DNA of 64,000 nucleotides from an uncultured Flavobacteriales bacterium (GTDB lineage Bacteria; Bacteroidota; Bacteroidia; Flavobacteriales; BACL11): NCBI GenBank assembly GCA_943788405.1, contig CALSQD010000001.1, positions 457,200 to 521,199 of the forward strand, read 5' to 3'. Shown piece by piece: positions 57,802 to 64,000 of this stretch (position 1 is its first letter; each line of letters starts with the position of its first letter). The notes under the pieces were generated by a model. It saw only the letters and a program-made list of their open reading frames with translations, ran no database searches and was not told where the DNA came from. The position numbers and the translations under genes were made by a program.

Positions 57802-60164
57802 TATATTTTAAGGGCTAATTGCATAGCAATAGTTCTTGGTGGCATCATGTTTGCAGGTCGGCTCATGTATTCTCGGTTCAATAAGTTATTTACAATTAAA
57901 CCAAGCCTTGCTGTTTTAGTTATTTGGTATCCTGCTCTTAGATCAATTATTAAGTCTCCACTTCCAAATTTCTCTCTTGATTCGTTAATTCCTGTAATTC
58001 CAGTTAAATATGGAAGCAATGGATTAGTAAAAATAGCATCAATATTTTTCATAAAGCTATTGTATCGAACACTGCCTCCTAATGAAATTTCTTTGTAAAC
58101 TATTTCTAAATCTCCTTTTGCGATATGTTTATAGCGGTATTTTAGCATGGTAGAGTCAGAACCGCTATTTCTGTATGTTAGAGGTTTTTCATAATAGTCT
58201 TCACCATATACATAGTCTAAGTCAAGAGAAATAGGGTTCATGTAAGTGTAACCGGCAATTAGATTAATAGTTAAGTCAGGAGTAATTTTTCCTTGGCCAC
58301 TTAAACTTAATTCAGCTCCAGTAATTCTTGTTTTTCCAACATTAATAGATTTAAATCCAACTCCACCTACTTCATTACTTCTAGCGCTTCCCCATTGTCC
58401 ATATGAGAATTCCATCATGTCATCATATTGCTGTATGAATGCAGCTACATCAATATAGCCCATCCATTTCCCTGTTTTTACTCCTTGTTTTATTCCGATT
58501 TCACTACTCCAACCACTTTCTGGTTTTAAATCTGGGTTTGGATAAATCTCTAAGCCAGATTGATTGGTAGAAATAAATAATTCAGCCATTGAAGGGAAAC
58601 GGTAACCTTGCCCCCAAGATGCTCTTACATAAGTTGCTTCAGCTGCTTGGTAATTTAATCCTGTTCGGAATACTGGTTTTCCTGCATAAAAATCATTAAT
58701 AGAATCTCCTCCTATAAAGTATTTATCTTCTGAATGCAAACTGAAACCTTCATATCTTGCTCCTAATGAAATATTCAGTCTATTCCATTTTTTATCTAAT
58801 TGAGTGTAAAGCGAATGATTTGTTTTGTAGTTTTTCCCACTGAATAAATCAGAATTAGCTTTTACTTTTTCATTAGTAGTACCACTTGTAATTCTTAACT
58901 TATATTTTTTGATGTTTTTTTGCCATTGATAATCGGCATAATAGGTTTTAGATGAATTACTTTGCCCTACATCTACTCCGTCAGTAAGGTTGTTATTAGT
59001 TACATTCAGAAAACGAGTTCGTAAGCTATGGCGATTATTTCCCCTTAGGTAAGTTACAAACGGATCAATATTATAAGTGTCCCCAGTTGTTGTTGAGATT
59101 GATGAATCTAAAGGGATATAAGCTTCATCTAATCCATTCCATATTAAAGTACTTCCTGAAGATTGAGAAAGGAAATTTGCATTTACTCCATATGAAAGTC
59201 CTTCTATCTTTTTACTTTTATAGGTTGAGTTCATATTGAATCTCTTTCTATCTGTTATCTCACCCATTCGGTATCCATCATCTTTAAATATATTTCCTCC
59301 AATGGATAAATCAAGATTATCAATTTTCATAGCTTGTAGAAATTCAATTCCTTTGAAAGCTCTTCTCTTTTCGCCATTCCAATTTAGTTCATCTCTTTCA
59401 GCTTTGTCAATTAAGCCAAAGTGCATATTTACCTTAGTGTATCCAGGTAATTTGTTTTTATCAATATCTTTTTGGCTAGGGAAAGCAGTACGCACATTAA
59501 TTACTCCATTCAAGGCTGAAGAACCATAAAGAGCTGAAGAAGCTCCTTTTATTACTTCTACTTGATTGATGTTTTCAGTTGCGATTAAACTCCATTGCGC
59601 TTGTCCTGCATCACCTGAAATTAGGGGCATATCATCTACCATTACTAATACTCTAGTTCCTGCACCAAAACTCCATCCACTTCCTCCTCTAATATTGGCT
59701 TGTCCGTCAGTAATATTCACTCCTGGGATTTGATCCATAGCTGTTTCAATCTGTGTAGTATTTTTATTTTCAATAAGGGTTGGTTTTATTACTTCCATTG
59801 AAACGGTAATTTCTTCAATTTTTTGCTCAAACCTACCTGCAGAAACTACTACTGTACTTAGTTGTTCTGATGAACTTTTTAAAGCAACATTGATAGTTTT
59901 ATTTTCACCTTTATTAATTGTAATTTCTTTAACGATATCTTCATATCCGATATATTTAAAAGTTACTTTTTGTGTTCCTTCCTCAGTATTCAAAGTATAT
60001 TTTCCAAATACATCAGTTGAGGTTCCTCCTCCATTTTCAAGAATGATATTTGCACCAATCAACTCTTCATTATTATTAGCGTCAGTTATTGTTCCGCTTA
60101 TTGTTTGGCTATATATTGTTAAATTACAAATAGTAAAAATAACTAGAGTAAAGATTTTTCTCAT
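57801..60164 (-). CDS. TonB-dependent outer-membrane receptor (CarboxypepD_reg + plug + barrel)
   Basis: 787 aa with signal peptide. ISGTITDANNNEELIGANI, plug ANIRGG/VMVDDMP, and a C-terminal aromatic-rich barrel. Confidence 0.9.
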   Translation of the reverse strand: MRKIFTLVIFTICNLTIYSQTISGTITDANNNEELIGANIILENGGGTSTDVFGKYTLNTEEGTQKVTFKYIGYEDIVKEITINKGENKTINVALKSSSEQLSTVVVSAGRFEQKIEEITVSMEVIKPTLIENKNTTQIETAMDQIPGVNITDGQANIRGGSGWSFGAGTRVLVMVDDMPLISGDAGQAQWSLIATENINQVEVIKGASSALYGSSALNGVINVRTAFPSQKDIDKNKLPGYTKVNMHFGLIDKAERDELNWNGEKRRAFKGIEFLQAMKIDNLDLSIGGNIFKDDGYRMGEITDRKRFNMNSTYKSKKIEGLSYGVNANFLSQSSGSTLIWNGLDEAYIPLDSSISTTTGDTYNIDPFVTYLRGNNRHSLRTRFLNVTNNNLTDGVDVGQSNSSKTYYADYQWQKNIKKYKLRITSGTTNEKVKANSDLFSGKNYKTNHSLYTQLDKKWNRLNISLGARYEGFSLHSEDKYFIGGDSINDFYAGKPVFRTGLNYQAAEATYVRASWGQGYRFPSMAELFISTNQSGLEIYPNPDLKPESGWSSEIGIKQGVKTGKWMGYIDVAAFIQQYDDMMEFSYGQWGSARSNEVGGVGFKSINVGKTRITGAELSLSGQGKITPDLTINLIAGYTYMNPISLDLDYVYGEDYYEKPLTYRNSGSDSTMLKYRYKHIAKGDLEIVYKEISLGGSVRYNSFMKNIDAIFTNPLLPYLTGITGINESREKFGSGDLIIDLRAGYQITKTARLGLIVNNLLNREYMSRPANMMPPRTIAMQLALKI

Positions 60165-60208
60165 ATATTTACTGCTTAATTTTTAATCTGACAAATATAG
60201 AAAATTGA

Positions 60209-61309
60209 TTGACAGTGCAGGAAGATGAAAAGAAATATCAAATAGCATTACCTTTAATTGAGGGGGTGGGTGATATAGTTGGGAAGAAATTGTTGGCTTA
60301 TTTTGGTAGTGCCAAAGCTATATTTTCTGCATCTAAAAAGCAGTTACTTACTATTGATGGAATAGGAAAAGTATTGGTAGATGCAATTTTATCGACTGAT
60401 GTTTTATCAAGAGCAGAGCAAGAGTTAAAATGGATAGAAAAAGAAGGAGTAAATCATCTTTTTTATGCAGATAAAAAATATCCAATGCGTTTAAAACAAT
60501 GTGAAGATGCTCCGCTTAATTTGTTTTACAAAGGAAATATTGATTGGGAAAAAGACAAATTCATAAGCATAGTAGGAACAAGAAAAGCAACTTCTTTTGG
60601 GAAATCATTTACTGATAAATTAGTGAAAGAATTAGTTCCTTACAACCCTGTTATTGTTAGTGGTTTGGCACATGGTATTGATGCGGCTGCACATAAGGCT
60701 GCTTTAAAATATGGATTAAAAACGATAGCTGTTTTTGCTCATGTTTTGGATAGAGTTTATCCTGCTGCACATGCTAATTTGGCTAAAACAATTACTGGAA
60801 ATGGTTGTTTGCTTTCTGATTATTTGAGTGAAACAACACCTTTGCCACAAAATTTTGCTTCAAGAAATAGAATTGTAGCAGGACTTTCGGATGCAACTAT
60901 TGTTGTTGAAAGTGCAGCAAAAGGAGGTTCGCTTATCACAGCTGACATTGCTAACTTTTATAATAGAGAGGTTTTTTCTGTGCCAGGAAATCCTACTGAA
61001 ACCCAAGCAAAAGGGTGCAATTATCTGATTAAAACTCAGCAAGCTATTTTGTTGGAGTCGGCTACTGATATTGTAAAAGGCTTGAATTGGGATGTGCAGG
61101 AAAAAGCAATTCAACAAAGTATGTTTTTGGAATTGACTAAAAATGAACAAATTATAATTGACTTGTTATCAGATAATGAAATGCATATTGATGCAATAGT
61201 TGAGAAGTTAGGTTGGGGATTTTCCAAAGTTGCTAATGAACTTTTACAGGCAGAATTTAAGGCAGTAATACTTTCTTTTCCTGGTAAAATATATAAGAAG
61301 AATATGTAA
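60209..61309 (+). CDS. dprA: DNA-processing protein DprA
   Basis: SGLAHGIDAAAHKAAL, ASRNRIVAGLS and AAKGGSLITA. Non-ATG (TTG/GTG) start, so the exact start is uncertain. Confidence 0.85.
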   Translation: MTVQEDEKKYQIALPLIEGVGDIVGKKLLAYFGSAKAIFSASKKQLLTIDGIGKVLVDAILSTDVLSRAEQELKWIEKEGVNHLFYADKKYPMRLKQCEDAPLNLFYKGNIDWEKDKFISIVGTRKATSFGKSFTDKLVKELVPYNPVIVSGLAHGIDAAAHKAALKYGLKTIAVFAHVLDRVYPAAHANLAKTITGNGCLLSDYLSETTPLPQNFASRNRIVAGLSDATIVVESAAKGGSLITADIANFYNREVFSVPGNPTETQAKGCNYLIKTQQAILLESATDIVKGLNWDVQEKAIQQSMFLELTKNEQIIIDLLSDNEMHIDAIVEKLGWGFSKVANELLQAEFKAVILSFPGKIYKKNM

Positions 61310-61335
61310 AACTTTTCCTCTTTGGAAAAATACTA

Positions 61336-61343
61336 TACATTTG
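61336..61343 (+). promoter_or_regulatory. -7 box TAnnTTTG (tacatttg), 40 nt upstream of gdhA
   Basis: Exact consensus match. Confidence 0.5.
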
Positions 61344-61368
61344 CCGAAATTTTTAACTCAAAAAATAA

Positions 61369-62718
<1,350 letters not shown>

Positions 62719-62742
62719 TTATATTATATAGTATATTTAGAA

Positions 62743-62768
62743 AGGAGGCTTTTGCCTCCTTTTTTTAT
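62743..62768 (+). terminator. Rho-independent terminator after gdhA
   Basis: aggaggc-tttt-gcctcct followed by a T-run. Confidence 0.8.
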
Positions 62769-62773
62769 TTGTG

Positions 62774-62781
62774 TACTTTTG
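62774..62781 (+). promoter_or_regulatory. -7 box TAnnTTTG (tacttttg), 20 nt upstream of kbl
   Basis: Exact consensus match, located just after the gdhA terminator. Confidence 0.5.
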
Positions 62782-62801
62782 TGCTCCCAAAAAATAAAAT
62801 T

Positions 62802-64000
62802 ATGTTAGGAAAATTCCAAAAGCAACTACAAGATGAACTAGCAAGTATTGAAGATGCTGGTTTATTCAAAAAAGAAAGAATAATTACTAACCCTCAAGGA
62901 GCAAGCATTCGCGTAAGCACAGGGGAGGAGGTGTTGAATTTTTGTGCAAACAATTATTTAGGATTGTCTTCTCATCCTGATGTAATACAAGCAGCCAAAG
63001 ATGCTTTGGATACCCATGGTTACGGAATGTCATCTGTGCGTTTTATTTGTGGTACACAAGATATTCATAAAAACTTAGAAGCAAAAATTTCTAACTTTTT
63101 AGGAATGGAGGACACTATACTATATGCAGCAGCTTTTGATGCGAATGGAGGGGTGTTTGAACCACTTTTTGGAAAAGAAGATGCAATTATTTCTGATTCT
63201 TTAAATCATGCTTCTATTATAGATGGGGTGCGTTTGTGCAAGGCAGCTCGTTATCGTTATGCAAATAATGATATGGCAGATTTAGAAGCGCAATTGATAA
63301 AAGCACAAGACCAAAGAAATAGAATAATCGTAACGGATGGTGTATTTTCTATGGATGGATACTTAGCGCAATTGGATAAAATATGTGATTTGGCCGAAAA
63401 ATATGATGCTTTAGTAATGGTGGATGATTCTCATTCTACAGGTTTTGTAGGGAAAACAGGTAGAGGAACGCACGAGCATTGTGGTGTTATGGGTAGAGTG
63501 GATATTATTACCTCTACTTTAGGAAAGGCTTTGGGAGGTGCAATGGGAGGTTTTACTTCAGGTAAAAAGGAAATTGTTGATATGTTGCGTCAAAGGTCTC
63601 GTCCTTATTTATTTTCTAATTCTTTAGCGCCATCTATTGTTGGTGCGGCTACTAAAGTGATTGATTTATTGAGTAATACTACTGACTTGCGTGATCAGTT
63701 AGAAGAGAATACAAGTTATTTTAGAGAAAAAATGGTTGAGGCAGGTTTTGATATAAAGGAAGGAGTGCATGCAATTGTTCCTGTAATGTTGTATGATGCA
63801 AAGCTTTCACAAATAATGTCAGATAAATTATTGGCAGAAGGAATTTATGTAATAGGGTTTTTCTTCCCTGTTGTGCCAAAAGAACAAGCAAGAATTAGGG
63901 TTCAAATTTCAGCAGCACATAGCCGTGAAAACTTAGATAAAGCGATAGCTGCTTTTACAAAGATTGGAAAGGAACTAAATGTTATAAACAATAATAGTTA
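62802..64000 (+). CDS. kbl: Glycine C-acetyltransferase (2-amino-3-ketobutyrate CoA ligase), runs to the window edge
   Basis: Not in the ORF track because no complete stop lies in the window; the last two bases 'ta' may begin the stop codon. Contains [27 protein letters not shown] and TLGKALGG (PLP lysine). Confidence 0.9.
   Translation, partial: MLGKFQKQLQDELASIEDAGLFKKERIITNPQGASIRVSTGEEVLNFCANNYLGLSSHPDVIQAAKDALDTHGYGMSSVRFICGTQDIHKNLEAKISNFLGMEDTILYAAAFDANGGVFEPLFGKEDAIISDSLNHASIIDGVRLCKAARYRYANNDMADLEAQLIKAQDQRNRIIVTDGVFSMDGYLAQLDKICDLAEKYDALVMVDDSHSTGFVGKTGRGTHEHCGVMGRVDIITSTLGKALGGAMGGFTSGKKEIVDMLRQRSRPYLFSNSLAPSIVGAATKVIDLLSNTTDLRDQLEENTSYFREKMVEAGFDIKEGVHAIVPVMLYDAKLSQIMSDKLLAEGIYVIGFFFPVVPKEQARIRVQISAAHSRENLDKAIAAFTKIGKELNVINNNS

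Overview
AT-rich, densely coding chromosomal segment, most likely from a Bacteroidota bacterium of a Flavobacteriia-like lineage. Evidence for that placement: TAnnTTTG -7 promoter boxes, four proteins with T9SS C-terminal sorting domains, CarboxypepD_reg-type TonB-dependent receptors, an HU-CCDC81/SPOR protein, long-form IspG and a futalosine-pathway gene. I call about 62 protein genes, one tRNA-Ser(GGA), one multiply disrupted pseudogene and one homopolymer-frameshifted small gene. I saw no rRNA, CRISPR array, transposase or integrase. Most genes are housekeeping: gpmI, tyrS, pyrC, acs, the accBC-fabH-plsX-rpmF-yceD block, pdxA, pepA, ribE, purT, ispG, ansA, kdsB, dprA, gdhA, kbl and a MacAB-TolC-like efflux operon. 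Items worth a second look: (1) a seven-gene, translationally coupled operon of exported proteins at 4047-10586 (DUF4214-like lipoproteins, a Tat-exported alkaline-phosphatase-superfamily/DUF1501-like protein, a PSCyt-like lipoprotein with a CX4CH motif, and a secreted DUF255 thioredoxin-fold protein); (2) a lamin-tail-domain protein, a TonB-dependent receptor and a secreted OB-fold/double-HKD PLD phosphodiesterase at 17992-23923, which looks like an extracellular-DNA scavenging locus; (3) a structured ~100-nt intercistronic element whose 37-nt core is 36/37 identical upstream of pyrC and upstream of the PLD gene; (4) a Cys/His/Asp-rich lipoprotein; (5) a metal/thiol triad (HMA protein, T9SS-secreted CxxC thioredoxin-fold protein, decayed outer-membrane barrel gene); (6) a PNGase F-like T9SS cargo protein; (7) an orphan 'mobile mystery protein A' next to tRNA-Ser. 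All family assignments come from motif recognition by eye. No database search was run.
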